Assembly: GCF_006345805.1 (NCBI RefSeq)
Contig: NC_042999.1
Coordinates: 98,270,001-98,334,000 of the forward strand
From: Octopus sinensis
Lineage: Eukaryota
Direction: 5' to 3'
DNA: 64,000 nucleotides
Shown: positions 25,691 through 39,252 of the stretch, piece after piece
How positions within the stretch are numbered: the stretch's first letter is position 1
How the letters are laid out: the number at the start of each line of letters is the position of its first letter
Program-made: the position numbers and the translations under genes
The notes under the pieces: model-generated
Seen by the model: only the letters and a program-made list of their open reading frames with translations
The model's database searches: none
What the model was told of the DNA's origin: nothing

Positions 25691-27491
25691 TGTGACTAAT
25701 TCATATTCAATAAAAAAAAAACTTTTTTTTTTTGCTAAGAAGCAGTGTCAAGTATCTCACTTTTTGTATAATGTGATTATATATAAAATTATACATATTT
25801 TGTATAATGTGACTAATTCATATTCAATAAAAAAATTGAAAACATAAGTTCGAACGCCTTGAAGAGAGCGTGAATTCTGAGTTTTGGCAGGCCCTTTCAC
25901 ATGAAACTGTTCTATATCGGGAACTTTATTAATTGATTTTTGCCCATGCAAAAGATCTTTTTTTAAGCTTTATTATTTTTTTTTTTTAAGAATTAAAAAT
26001 TTTATTACTTCTCAAAATTTCAAATTAGCCAGCAGATAGACACGTTAGCACGCTGGACAAAACGCATAGCAACATTTCTTCGACTTTACCTTCGGGGTCG
26101 ATAAAGTAAAGATCAATCGAGCACTAGGATCGATGTTATCGACTGGCTTTCTTGGCCCAAAATTTCAAGTCCTGTTCTTATAGTAGAAAGAACAGTTTCT
26201 CAAAATTTATTTATGGTTTTCTAACTTTGTCTAAATGCAACAAACTTAGTGAGGAGCGATGTTGTCGTCGTTGTTCTTTAGCCCCAGGTCAGCTCTAACC
26301 AAGCAGACCTATGATCATACTTCGATATTTTATTTCCCACACAGTGTATCCAAGACAACATCATGCGATACATATGTGTTCTATTCTTAGATGATAGGAA
26401 ATGGTCCGAAAGATATCTTGGTCATTGTTCCTAGCAGCTTGATCGACTACATAGAGGTTATCAGGCTTTCTCGTTATGTTGATTGAATCACTGTCGGTAC
26501 TTTATTGGTACTTGCTTGATCGATCTTGCCCACATTAACTGAGAAAAATGAAAAGCTACTTTCAACATCTGTAGAATTTGAACGTTAAGTATCGTAATTA
26601 AATGTCATCAGATGCGTAATCTGTCACCGTAACATCTCTGCCTCTCAACTACCAAGGTGATAGGATTTCATGTTTTATCTTTGCTACTAAAGCATTTAGC
26701 TCTGAATAATTAAGTGCATATAGCTGTATAAGTCCTGCATTAGACACTCTCAACCATTGCAAGCAATGGCTTCAGTTTCCAGTTACACTGTATGTCATCC
26801 GCTATTAAGCAATTCCAGGTTTTTTTTCTTAATCTATAACAGGTTTTTTTTCTTACTTTTAGTTTCCTTTCTTTCTTTTTTCGTCGCTAGACCCTCGTCA
26901 GCTCTTCTCCATTCTCAGGGAAAGAGACAGACAAACTGACGTACACACACATACATGCGAGCGCGTACAGAGAGTATGTGCGTGTGTGTGTGAGAGAGAG
27001 AGGGGGGGGAGAGGGGGAGAGAGAGGGGAAGAGAGGGAGACAGACGGATAGAGAAAGAGAGTGAGACTCTCGCAACAGACTGATAGACAGAGACAAAGAA
27101 AGACAGACAAAAAAAGAAAGGGACAGTGAAATAGACACACGGAGAAAAGGAGAGAGAGAGAAAGAGAGAGAAAGACAACACACAGCGAAAGGGATAGTTA
27201 GTCAGACAAGCAGAGAAAGGTTGAAGTTTGTCTATTGTTCACTCACTGTTCAATTGCCTAAAAAAAAAAAGACATCGCATTTTACTCGAATAGCAACAAC
27301 TCTAGATTATTACTGATCCCCTCGCTTTTTTTTTCTTTCTGAGTTCAAATTCCGCCTAGGTCGATTTTGCCTGGGAGTCGATAAAATAAGTACCATTCAA
27401 GCACCGGGGATGATGGATTCGATGAATTCGATGAATTCGATTGATTCAGGCCCTGTGCCTATCCGAGAATTATTATTATTATCATTATTGA

Positions 27492-28030
27492 ATAAGAGAG
27501 CAGCACACACAATCAAAATGATGCTGGAGTACAAATATACACCCAATACACCCGTCATGACTACCGATCTGATGAAGATACATCAGGCACATGCATTACA
27601 ACATGTGCGCGATATGTTGACCTCATATCAAGATAAACAACGCATGAACATGAGGGTAAGGCTCAGTTTGCACTTTTTCTGGTCGAGTTGCCCAACCCAC
27701 TCAAAAGGTTCCTGAATACATGTTGTTTAAAGATGATGAATGAAGCACAAATGTTTCCAGGAGTGAATTATTCAAACTCCAAAGAAATCCACTCAACACA
27801 TGGCTATGATGCTCGCCCAGAACTTCAGCTCGTGAACAGTGGTGCACATATCGTCAGATACTAGGGGACATGGTCAAGGTCAAGCAAGTGTCAAGCAAAT
27901 TTGTAGTACTGAGCTGAATATTTGCTGTGGCCTATCTTTTACACCAAGTCAAAACATATACATGTTAATACGTCCAGTCAGTTAAGATCAGAAGCCATGG
28001 GAGCCACTGCCTGGCATTGCATCAAGTCAT
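27492..28030. repeat. Unclassified interspersed repeat fragment
   Basis: Balanced-composition segment following a SINE tail that resembles an abundant octopus repeat I recall; class not determined. Confidence 0.3.
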
Positions 28031-28579
28031 TTTTCATCTTCATCATTTTCGGTGAAAGGCAACAAATAATTAACTAAGTTAGAATTTGAATTCAGAATCT
28101 AGACAGACAAAACTAGAAATTATTAAACATTTTGTCCAATACCTTTATAGTTTCAGCCACTCCATTTTTGCTTGAGAGAAAACAATGTTTCCAACTGAGT
28201 TGAAAATGCTTCACTGGTGAGGTTTAATAAGACTGAAACAGGTGCATTCCTTTAAAGACCAGACCTACTCCAATTTGCATTGCTTGTGACGTTCAAAAAT
28301 TTCAATCGGCTAATCTTATGAAAGTTATCTACCTTGGCTGTTGTTTTGTTTATTTAAGGGGATACTGTCTGTTAAGTGCTTAAATAATCTCAATTGATCG
28401 AAGTTCTGTCTCACTCTATTGTATATATACGATTTTATCATATTTGTATTTATTATACAGAATGTTCCCCTGAAGTGTTATTTCTCAACTATATTGTGTA
28501 CAAGCATATAAAATAGGTTTTATTTTAATCAATGAGATTGAAAGTTGTACATTTTCAGCTCAGCCATTAATGAAGATAA

Positions 28580-29690
28580 TAACTCCAATTTTGATACAAA
28601 GCCAGCAATTTTGAGGTGAAGGAGCAAGTCGATTGCAGCAACCTCAATTCTTGACTGGTACCTTATTTTATCGACCCTCGAAATGTTAGCTGCAACAGAA
28701 TTAATACTCAGAACAAAAAGAGTCGGAAAAAATACCCCTAATCATTTTGACCGACGTGCTAACGATTCTGTTAGCTCATCGACTTTATGGCTTCAAATTC
28801 TAGCACAAGGCCAGCAATTTTAAGGATAACGGGGTAAGTAGATCACGTCGATCACATTGCTCAACTGGTCCTTATTTTATCGATATCAAGAGGATGAAAA
28901 GCAAAGTCGACCTCGGTAGAATTTGAATTCTGAACGCATTGAACCGGAAGAAATACCGTTAAGCATATTTTCCCGACTCTCCAACAATTCTGCCAGCTCG
29001 CCGCCTACTAGTGAAAATAATAACGGTTTCAAATTTTGGCACAAGGCTAGCAATTTTGGGGGAGGGGATAAGTCGATTACATCGACCCCAGTTCTCAACT
29101 GGTACTTGTGTTATTGATCCTGAAAGGATGAAACGCAAAGTCGGAATTTTGAACTCAGAAGACGCAGACGGACGAAATGCCGCTCAGCATTTTGTCCGGC
29201 GTGCCAATGGTTCTATCAGCTTGCTGCCTTATTAGTGAGAATGATAACAAAATGAAAGCATATATATTCGGATGTTTTGAAACGCCGTGAAATAATACTG
29301 TCCAGAAGATGCATGAAATTTCTATGGAAGACTGAAGCAACAAGGGCAGCGGAGTAGTAAAGTCGATAAAGAGATATGCGATATTCATTGCAGTATTGGC
29401 TACATCCATTTAGATTGTGTGTTCAAATCACTCCGAGATTTTACTTTCCATCATTCCTAAGTCGATAAAATTGTAGCACAGAATATTGATTTCACATTTT
29501 GATATAAGGCCAGCAGTTTTGGGAGAAGAGCCAAGTCGATTCAACTGGTACTTATTTTATCGACCGCGAAGGGATGAAAGGCAAAGTTAACCTCAGCGGA
29601 ATTTGAACTCAGAACGTAGAGACAGACAAAATGCCGTTAAGTATCTTACTCGGCCTGCTAACGATTCTGCCAGCTTGCTGCCTTCAGTAG
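28580..29690 (-). mobile_element. Head-to-tail array of at least 4 SINEs (GCCTTTCATCC core family)
   Basis: Repeated tttcaaattttggcacaaggc...ggatgaaa...ctgccagctcg units, all on the minus strand. Confidence 0.88.
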
Positions 29691-29779
29691 CAATGAATAC
29701 TGAGGATCGATGTACGTGACTTTTCCTTTCCCAAACGAAATGTTTGGCCATATATTTAAGTTAGAAATATTTTTGATTT

Positions 29780-32230
29780 ATCAATGGAAGGATATTGGGT
29801 CGATTGCCTAACAGTATTTAGTTAGGTAGTTTTTACGCTCTAATTTCAAGCCTCAAGGGGTCAACTTTACCATTCAGACTTCCAAACGTTGGGATTTTGG
29901 GTTCATTTAAGAAATCGTTGCTGTTGTTGTTGGTGGTGGTGATGATGTTGTTGTTGCTTCTATAAATGAAATGGTTGGGAAGTGGGGAGAGCATCATGAA
30001 CAGTAGAGTGCCAGATATAATGCCTTGTAGTATTTAATTAAGTGTCCATACGTTCTAAGTTCAAATCCCGATGGGGTCACGTTTGGCTTTTATCCCCATC
30101 AGAGTCGATAAAAAAAAAAGCCATGGAGTGGGGTCGATTCAATTGATTGTACTCCTTCTTTTCTTTTCACGTTAGAAGTCTGTGTTCATGTGCCGATGAA
30201 AGAAAACTTTGTATGGGAAAAAGAAACGAAAGCTTTACCAACCAATAATAATAATACGTTCCAATATTATCAGTGATGGGATGATTTTTCAGTGGTAATA
30301 AAAACCTGATGGTAAACTCAGTGGCCCGAAAGCAGAATACCGCATAATCTAATGTAAATAGAAAACACAATAAGTATACAAAGAAGATGCAACATACAAT
30401 ATTACTGCATCACAATAAGATGTTATGCCGTTTGTGTTTTTCTAAGTCCAAGAAGCAGCGAACATCAATGCATTCACTGATTAGTATTGATATAAGGGAG
30501 ATAACTCTTTGCTTCACACTTGAACCGCAGGTTTTAAATGTTTAATACCGTTGTTATTTTGATTAGTAATATTAGAAACAATTAAGCAATTAGCGACCAT
30601 TAAAATAAGAACACCAGACAAAATGCTTAGCTACGGGTGTTTACGTTCTCAGTTCAAATACTGCCAAGGTTGACTTAGCCTTTCATTTCTCCGAAGTCGG
30701 GAAATATACCTAAAATATAATACCTGTCAAATACTGAATCCCTTAAACCGACAATGCCCTTCAGTAGAGTGGATAGGAGAGAAGAGAGACATCTATATTG
30801 AGGACGGCACTTTTGGGTCTGCGGTTTAAGACTGTGTAGGTCGGCGGCCTATATAGGTTCAATAGCAGTATCGTCTTTAGACGTGAGCACACTGAGAAGT
30901 GACCCGGCGAGGGTGTCATACGGATCTAGGGAGCTCTTGGGTCTAGGAGCCCAATTCTGATTTCTGTATGCAGTAGTTTTATATTGATAAATAAATACTG
31001 TAGGGTGCAGTGCATTTTTCATGCTTTTGAGGTAAACAAAATAAGTTATAAGTCAAGTTTTGAAGTTGAAATGATCGACTATGTACATCCTCAAAAGAAT
31101 TGTAAATGAGGTAATGATCCTTCAGGCCTTGTGCCTATAGTTGAAAGGATTATTATTATTATTATTATTATTATTATCATTGTCGTCGTCGTTGGTGTTG
31201 TTGTGGTTGTTGTTAAGGTGGCGAGCTGGCAGAACCATTAGCACGCCGGGCAAAATGCTTAGCGGCATTTCGTCCGTCTTTACGTTCTGAGTTAAAATTC
31301 CACCTCCTTATCCCTTCCTTCACAATTTCAGACCTTGTGCCTATAGTAGAAAGGGTCATTATTATTATCACTGAGGCGGCGAGCTGGCTGAATGCTTAGC
31401 GGCATTTCGTCCGACTTCACGTTTTAAGTTCAAATTCCACTGAGGTCAACTTTGCCTTTCATCCTTTCGGGGTCGATGAAATAAGTACCAGTTGAACACT
31501 GGGGTCCATATAACCGACTTATCCCCTCCTTCAAAATTTCAGGCCTTATTATATTATAAATATTATAATTATTATTAAGGCTGCGGGCTGGAAGAATTGT
31601 TAGCACGCCGGGCAGAATGTTTAATAATAATGAAATTATTGTATAGTGCTCAGGTGCACCACAACTTGTCAAAAGTGCGTATAAAGCATATGTAGTAATG
31701 TACAAATGTCTGGAAAGTGAACAGTCTATGAGTCAGATATATGCGTGCGTGTGTATGGAGGGGAAAAAATCAGATGTAGTGTTGGCGAATCTCAGGAAAC
31801 ATGGAAGTTTTGAAGGATGCAGTGCTCTGACAACTAACAACTGATGCCAGCAGTTTGTTCCATACTTCAGCAACTCTTAGCGTGAAAAAATGTTTCCGAA
31901 AGTCATGGGAGCTGTGCTGTTTTCTGACTTTGTAAACATGTCCACGGGTGTTAGACAGGTGGAGTTTGAAAAGGTACTCAGAGTTATTGTTAGTAAGATG
32001 GTTAATAACTTTATGGGTGTCTGCCAAGTCAGCTGCCAGACGTCAGAAGCATTTCGTCCGGTTTTACGCTCTGAATTCAAATTCCGCCGAGGTCGACTTC
32101 GCCATTCATTCTTTCGGAGGCCGATAAAGTAAGTACCACTTGAGTACTGGGAACGATGTAATTGATTGACCCCCTCTTCCAAATTTCAGGTCTTGTGCTT
32201 ATATTAGAAGGGTTATTATTATTATTATTT
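29780..32230 (+). mobile_element. Series of plus-strand SINE copies of the same family
   Basis: Heads or cores at ~29800, 30000, 30600, 31215, 31375, 31578 and 32046; tails gccttgtgcctatagtagaaagg(att)n. Confidence 0.75.
31622..32040 (-). mobile_element. 5'-truncated CR1-clade LINE nested in a SINE
   Basis: NTRGHVYKVRKQHSSHDFRKHFFTLRVAEVWNKL..VVS..ASFK, a canonical CR1 C-terminus; the host SINE is split (head 31578-31621, remainder from ~32046). Confidence 0.9.
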
Positions 32231-32537
32231 AGTTAGAAGTTGAGGTGCAGCATCCCATGGACTTCCTTGATCCTTCTAGATTAGTTAAAACGGTTACTCA
32301 GTTTGCAAGGAAGAAATTCCAGTGAGAAGGATACTGGAGATGTGTGATTGTTTAGTACCTATTTCCAACCTCGCCCTACCACCACTACCACCACGCCCTG
32401 TCGTTGCGGATAGGAGGTGGGGAAATAGGGATGCTGAGCTATCGATTGCTAAATGCGTTATATTATATCGAGTTAGGGTGTAGAGGCTAGTAGAGCTATT
32501 TTCACCTGGTTGTGTGTGTGTGTGTGTGTGTATGTGT

Positions 32538-32613
<76 letters not shown>
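32538..32613. repeat. (GATA)n microsatellite
   Basis: Direct reading. Confidence 0.95.
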
Positions 32614-32614
<1 letters not shown>

Positions 32615-32742
32615 GTGGGTAGGTAGGTTTTGAGTACCTGGATGTGACATACATAGAAACAGAGCGTGTCGGGTCGCCTTGTAATTTGACCCATGTATAG
32701 GTATCTTTATTTGCTTTGTATTTTAATTAAATTTGTTATTAT

Positions 32743-33150
32743 AGGTGCAGACGTAGCTATGTGTTAGAAAGTTTTCTTCCCATACCTACGGTTTTAGGTT
32801 CAGTCCCACTGTGTAGCACTTCGGTGCTTCTACTGCCTGGTAGCAACCAAAATCTTGTGAGTGGATTTGATAGACGGAAACTAAAAGAAGCTCGGCGTAT
32901 ATATTATGTGTGTGTGTGTGTATGTGTGTGTGCTTGCGTGCATATGTATGTTTGTGTGTGTCTGTCTTTGTGTTTGTCCCTCACTATTGCTTGACAATAG
33001 CTGTTGGTCTGTTAACACCTCTGTAGGTTAGTGGTTTGGCATAAGAGACCGATAAGATAGATAAAGTAAGTACTAGTGTCGATTTGTTTGGCTAAACCCG
33101 TCAAGGCAGTGCCCCCACCATGGCCGCAGTCCGATGACTGAAACATGTAA
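32743..33150 (+). mobile_element. CORE-type (OR-like) SINE
   Basis: Homologous to 11856-12560. Confidence 0.8.
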
Positions 33151-33221
33151 AACGTCCTCTTCAGATAAAATATATCTGTGCGTTTATATTATGTAAAGAT
33201 TGTTTTTATTATTTTAATATA

Positions 33222-33697
33222 TCCCCGATGAAATCATAAAGCATGGCCTCGACGCTACAGGTTTCCGTCCCAGTTTGAGCCAGTAGAGCTAGACCGAGAG
33301 GAGGGTAAAAGGCCAGATGGCATGAACAACATTTTCATTCTGCGGCAGTAGGCCCCTCATCTGGGATGCCGTATGCTGTGACATCTCCAGCGGCAACCTG
33401 GTGTGTACAATTACTAATCCAGGTTTCGTTGCTTGTCAAGCCGAGAAAGGCATACTGTCTAAATATCGGCCGCTCTCTGACAGATTTGTGGTCGAGCTTG
33501 TGGTAGTGGAGAACTCCGGTGTTCTCGGCCGCCGGAACACATCTCTGGTATCAGGGCGGATATGACTATCCACACCAGTGACGCAGCTAATAGAGGAGCA
33601 AGTGGAGAGACCTCCCCCACGAGCATATTTTTCAAAACGTACGCCTTTTCAACAATTTTTTAAAACTCTTTAGTTCATTTGTGCGATCAAAGTCGAA

Positions 33698-33735
<38 letters not shown>

Positions 33736-34215
33736 GTTTTTTTTTGTTTTTTTTTTTTGTTAATCTTATGGTCACTGAAGAAGCTTCTGGAGTCATTATT
33801 TTATTTGACCAGCCTTCGGCGCTATTGAACTATTTGCTCACTCTCCTGTTGTGTAAAGAACTAAAACAAACTCTGATGTCATAGCATCTCGACACTGGAT
33901 GATCCTGTGGAGTTCCCTCTTTTTCACGTCACACCTATATCCGTTACTGAGGCGTGAAATTAATGAATGTAGAGTACAATTACGTAGATTATATCAAATT
34001 AAATATTTCGCATAATATGAGAGAAATGGGTTTAAACTTGTTTGGTATGTGTCAGGGTGCCATTTTTTTATGTGCTCACTCCCGCTAACTTTAGAACTTG
34101 GCTGCTCCTCTGATCCGCCGGTGCGCGTCCCAGAGCAGCTATTCCAGCGTGTCTCTCTTGCCATCTTCCAGGACAGCACCATTCTCATCATGTCCGCTGG
34201 TGAACCATGAGGCGG
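33222..34215 (+). mobile_element. CRE-clade non-LTR retrotransposon RLE-domain fragment (copy 1), split by a MITE
   Basis: EPVELDREEGKRPDGM..LIWDAVCCD..AEK..KY..VENSGVLG, then QLFQRVSLAIFQ at ~34135 after the insert. Confidence 0.8.
33576..34112. mobile_element. hAT-like MITE inserted in the CRE fragment
   Basis: Termini CAGTGACGCAGCT / GGCTGCTCCTCTG; flanks atccacac / atccgccg (degenerate 8-bp TSD); CRE reading resumes after it. Confidence 0.6.
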
Positions 34216-34312
34216 ACTGACAAATCCTGATATTACTTGTTACTTATTGCTTTATTTAATCTATGATAATTAGTATTGAGCTAAACCACTTACAAAAAGT
34301 ATCAAAAGTTAA

Positions 34313-34316
34313 GAGA

Positions 34317-34392
<76 letters not shown>
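34313..34392. repeat. (GA)n microsatellite
   Basis: Direct reading. Confidence 0.95.
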
Positions 34393-34395
<3 letters not shown>

Positions 34396-34904
34396 AGAGC
34401 CAATGAAGGGACTTTGGGATAGTGGATACAAGAGTTGATAAAGGGTTTAGTGTATAGTTCAGCTAATAGCCTCGAATTAAATTCCTGGGTGACTCAGTAT
34501 ATATTTTGGTAAAAGCCGAACGAACAAGCGATTTCTTAACTAGAGGAGCAACTAACAGGAGGAATTTTCTTGGCATGGATAACGAAATGAGAATAGTCTA
34601 CCCCCGTAGACTTAACGAAAATTTTGGAGACGTCAGTGTCTCATCTTCGCTTTCTTTTATATAAAACTGTATATGTACATCTTGATTCTCTCTTCGTATA
34701 TGAATGAGACCTGGTAACAGAAGGAGGTAGAATGGTAGAATCGTTGGAGCACCAGGAAACAATAGCATACGATATTTGTTCCGGTTCTTAACGTTTTGAG
34801 TTCAGATCCTTCTGAAATCAACTTTGTCTTTTATACTTTCTTTTGTCGATATAAGAAAGTATCAGTCAAGAACTAAGGTTGATATAATCGGCAAACCTCG
34901 CCCC

Positions 34905-35260
34905 GAAATTTTCAGAAGATCCTTCAGCTGCCAACATCCAATCAATTGTGGTCTCGGAATTCTGTTGCTGATGGGTGCACAGGCACACTCTAAGATTGAC
35001 AGATCTGCAGAAATATCTGGATTATGGCGACGGTGATGACGTTATTGAAAACGAAGGCGAACTGATGTGGGCGCTTTCAAGTAACAACTGAAGTGGATGT
35101 GTGGCATCTAGATTGTTATTGTAGCATCTAGACAACGCTTTCGGTGTGAAAACAACTCTCACATTCTTATAGAGAGTTTGTAAAAGGTAATAGCGACGAT
35201 GAAATGGTAACAAATCTGAATGTCCGGAATACTTCCAAAACTTCCTTGGTATAAATGAAC
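34905..35260 (+). mobile_element. Degenerate Tx1-clade LINE fragment
   Basis: CQHPINCGLG..HRHTLRLTDLQKYLD..YREFVKGNSDDEMVTNLNV parallels the 37050-37380 region of the larger element. Confidence 0.55.
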
Positions 35261-35459
35261 TACAAAGAGGCAATACTTGTTCAAGACAAGTTCTACAGGA
35301 AGTGTCAAGAATTGAATCTGTCAAAGATACGGGGTAGGGCGACAAAACTGTCCTGCACAGTATAAATTCAGTTGCTATGCATTACCGATTTTTAGGTTGT
35401 ATAGAACAACTGTTGTCGCGTGCAGGACGAATCCAGCTATTACATGTAAAAACATGCAA

Positions 35460-35921
35460 AACGTCCTCTTCAGATAAAATATATCTGTGCGTTTATATTA
35501 TGTAAAGTATTTGTATAAATTCTTTTTGTAGTTGTGCGTAAATTATTATTCTTGTTATTCTAATATATCCCCGATGAAATCGTAAAACATGGCCTCGACG
35601 CTACAGGTTTCCCGTTCCAGTTTGAGCCAGCAGAGCTAGACTGAGAGAAGGGTAAAAGGCCAGATGGCATGACAATTTTTTTCATCCTGCGGCAGTAGGC
35701 CCCTCATATGGGATGCCGTGTGCTGTGACATCTCCAGCGGCAACCTAGTGTGTACAGTTACTAATCCAGGTTTCGTTGCTTGTCAAGCCGAGAAAGGCAT
35801 ACTGTCTAAATATCGGCCGCTCTCTGACAGATTTGTGGTCGAGCCTGTGGTATTGGAGAACTCCGGTGTTCTCTGCCGCCGGAGCACATCTCTGGTATCG
35901 GGGCGGAGATGACTATCCGCA
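35460..35921 (+). mobile_element. Duplicate of 33150-33575 (flank plus CRE RLE fragment, copy 2)
   Basis: Long near-identical direct repeat; ORF 35718-35912 is the RLE region. Confidence 0.9.
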
Positions 35922-37900
35922 AAAGTGTTAGTAAAGAGGTTTTCCTTGTCCCTGATACTCTGGTAGGTGAACCATTCTTTATAGATCTATCCATGACAAT
36001 CACTACATCACGTGATATATCATAGATAGGGTTGGTAAAGAACCTAGAATAGATAGGGCCCTAATTAGTTTAGATCAATCAAAAGCTTTCGGTAGGGTTG
36101 GCCACCAATTTTTAGCGGCTGTCGTTACAATGGTTGTCTTCCTGACGGCTAGTTTCGGTCCCATCTTCAAAGGTTGAATCGATGTAATGTACAGTGACAT
36201 TTACTCAGTGCTCAGAGTAAATGATCATCTATCACAGTGGTTCCCAAACTTTTCCAGGCTGCCGCCCCCTTGGTTCTAAGGCCACATTCCTAGTGTCCCT
36301 TACCATCACTCACCATCACAGACATAGACCATTTTCTACGGCAAATTCAAAACAACAATATTTCACAAATTAAAACTTAACCTAATTAAGCCTTTTTTTA
36401 CATTCATCGCCCCGTTTTGGTCACCCCATTACTGTCCCATTTTTCTTTAATGCCCTCCTGGATCTTCCCCCCCCCCAGGGGGCGGTACTGCCCACTTAGG
36501 GAACCGTTTAGTATAATGAATTCGATCCGTTTAGGCTACCTCCTCTCTCCCCGCTGTATGTTTCAAGGGTCATTCTACATGAATTAGAACGTGGGTGAGC
36601 TGTGTCAGCATATACGGTGACGTTACCTTAATAGTGTCGGATAACAAACGCATCGAGGTGATCGACACTACTTTGAAGGAACACGAAGCGGTGACAAGAG
36701 CAAAGATTAACCAGAGCTTTGTGGTGGGGAGGCAGCTTGGTACCTGGAGAGGCAGATCCATACTACCCGACAGCGTTGTGTGATGCTGGATAGACGGACC
36801 AATTAAACTGCTCGGAGTCTGGTTTGGTCCAGACTTCCACGTGAACTGAAACTGGAAACTGGTGTGATATGACTAGTAATCTTACTATTCTCACCCAAAA
36901 TGATCTCAGTTTCCGAATGCCTACATCACATCTGTCATCTATTACCACTCGACCATCATTCCTTACCCCCGTTTCATTGCTGACAAAAATGGAGCGCTTG
37001 CTCTTCCACTTTCTGTGGAGGAGACGAGTTTCACTGTTCAGCCAGGTCATTTACTGTCAACATCCACAGCGTAGAATCTGTGCATACCAAGGCTAATAAT
37101 AGACAGACATGCACTAAGGCTACTTCATCTGCAATGTTTCCTTGGCGACTAGCAGGTATAGTCGCCGTTTGTCAGACTCGCTTTTCCACGACTCATCTCT
37201 TTAATTGAGCTGCAGTCCTGGATCAAGCTTAGACCGAGGAAGGGTATTTAGCATCCAGACTGTTGTTTGCCAGTCGGGCATTACAGTCGGTGGAAACATT
37301 ACTATAGCGTTTAATAAGGGATTAGTGTCGGACAAGATCGAGATATGCTCGCGGAGACTCTGGACGTCAACGAAAATCAGCTGGCTGATCTGTTCCGGGG
37401 GACTTTCGGTTCAAGGTCAATGGATAATTTACTGAGATCCTTCTGCTGGGATGGGTATTGCTGATAAAATGAACCTGCCTAAAATGCACGTAGATCGAGG
37501 AAACTGTCATGCACGCACTTGTAATGAGCCCGAGAAATGCTTACTTTTGGAGTTATGTTGAACAAGTGCTATCGCATGTAGGATGGAACCGGTTATCGGC
37601 CGGCTCCAGTGTGAAGATTACATCGCCGCCTTCTGTGACTGGGAACGATAGGCAGTTTTCCCCTGCCTGGGGACTAAATGTTAAAGAGGTTGTGAGGTGG
37701 ACGAAAGTAAAAATACTAGAAACAGACACCTTCGTCATCGGTCAGACACTCATCGACTTTTTAAAGTTTCAGTTGTATAGGAAAGTGAGGGTAGAGAGAG
37801 AGAGGTGCTGCCACCTCAGAAAATTTGTTCAAAGGTGGGTGAATGTAACGAGAAGGACCCAAGTGAGTGGACCTTTTCTAAAATGGTGCCTGTATAACGG
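35921..37900 (+). mobile_element. Tx1-clade LINE ORF2 (RT plus C-terminal region), degenerate
   Basis: RSIHDN..ALISLDQSKAFGRVGHQFL, SIRLGYLLSPL (=SVRQGCPLSP), SIYGDVT (=YADD), LLGVWFGPD, RKVRVER..RWVNV. Confidence 0.88.
36235..36505. mobile_element. hAT Charlie-like MITE nested in the Tx1 RT
   Basis: CAGTGGTTCCCAAAC ... GGGAACC; RT reading VNDHLS|EPFSI is rejoined when the insert is removed. Confidence 0.8.
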
Positions 37901-38112
37901 AAGGGATAGGAGAAGGGTACCAGCCAGTGGTGTCTTTTGCAGTTGTTGATCTAAGATCTGTGGTGGTGGTGGTGATGGTGGTAGTGGAGGTGGTAGTGTT
38001 GTTGTTGGTGGTGGTGGTAGTAGTAGTAGCAGCAGCAGCCGTAGTAGTAGTAAAAACAAGGTAGTACTACTCATCATTAAAATGGCCCTCAAAATGAATA
38101 TATATTTGTACG

Positions 38113-38157
<45 letters not shown>

Positions 38158-38164
38158 ATGTGTG

Positions 38165-38219
<55 letters not shown>

Positions 38220-38819
38220 GTTTGGTTTCTGAGGACGGAGGTTGTGTCTGTGGCTCTCACAAAACCCTCACTGGACTTCGTAGATCGTTGAGATCGATAC
38301 AGTTAAACCTTTGATTAATTGATTCCTTTTACTAAAGAAGTCTTACGTCAGTCGAGCCATCGAAGTGACTGCAGTATAGTATTGTTACCGAAATCGACTC
38401 GAAATAGTGCCGTGATAGTTTTTAACATAAAGTAATATTAGCATTAGCAGTATTATCATAAAGTAGAATTAATTTGGCTGGCAAACCTAATCCCTCACTC
38501 GGTTTAATACAACCATCTGGGTCTTGAGTGCTTGTTGTAGAATCCATTATATCCATGCAATCAAACTAAATTATCCGTCTGAGTCTATCTCGATAGCTTA
38601 ATGTGTTGCTTCTTATTACATCTACCGTTGAGGTTTTGCCACTGATTGTTACTGTGTACAGGTGGGAGTGATTCTCGAGTCACAAAAAAAAAAATTCCCA
38701 TACATACATACATACATACATACATACATGCATACATGCATACATACATGCATACATGCATACATGCATACATGCATACATACATACATACATACATACA
38801 TACATACATACATACATAC

Positions 38820-39137
38820 TGTTATGACATGGGTATACACGTCTTGTGTAAAATGGTATTACACAAATAAATAGTCGGTTGTGGTTATCTAAAAAATAAC
38901 CTATCGCAGAAATATATGTTAAGACGGAACGCATTCCGTAATACTCGAACGTAGATGCGGCGTTCAGTATTGACTGTTCGACTGCCGACTGTTAAACTAA
39001 CACACGTCGAACTAACACGGTTAACCAACACGGTCGAACTAACACCATCAACTATGCTCCTGACAGTTCACTCGGTTCTTATTATTTATTGTAATCGGTT
39101 AGTCACGTGGGGGTGTTCAGGATTCTCCCATAAGACA
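38820..39137 (-). mobile_element. Possible solo LTR within a (TACA)n tract
   Basis: Imperfect inverted termini TGTTATG / CATAAGA(CA), ~315 bp, AATAAA on the minus strand near 39085; no clear TSD. Confidence 0.35.
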
Positions 39138-39217
39138 CACACACATACACCCCGCCACACACACATGCATACATACATACATACATACATACATACATAC
39201 ATACATACATACATACA

Positions 39218-39249
<32 letters not shown>

Positions 39250-39252
39250 CAT

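Noticed and set aside
30740-31020. Possible solo LTR or ribozyme (TATA-like, ctgagaag followed by a stem, AATAAA)
   Set aside because: No TG...CA termini or TSD found, and no GAAA box after the stem
35404-35480. Third hammerhead-like motif on the minus strand (CTGAAGA-ggacg...cgtcc)
   Set aside because: The GAAA box is missing (tgca) and stem I is unsupported; at best a decayed relic
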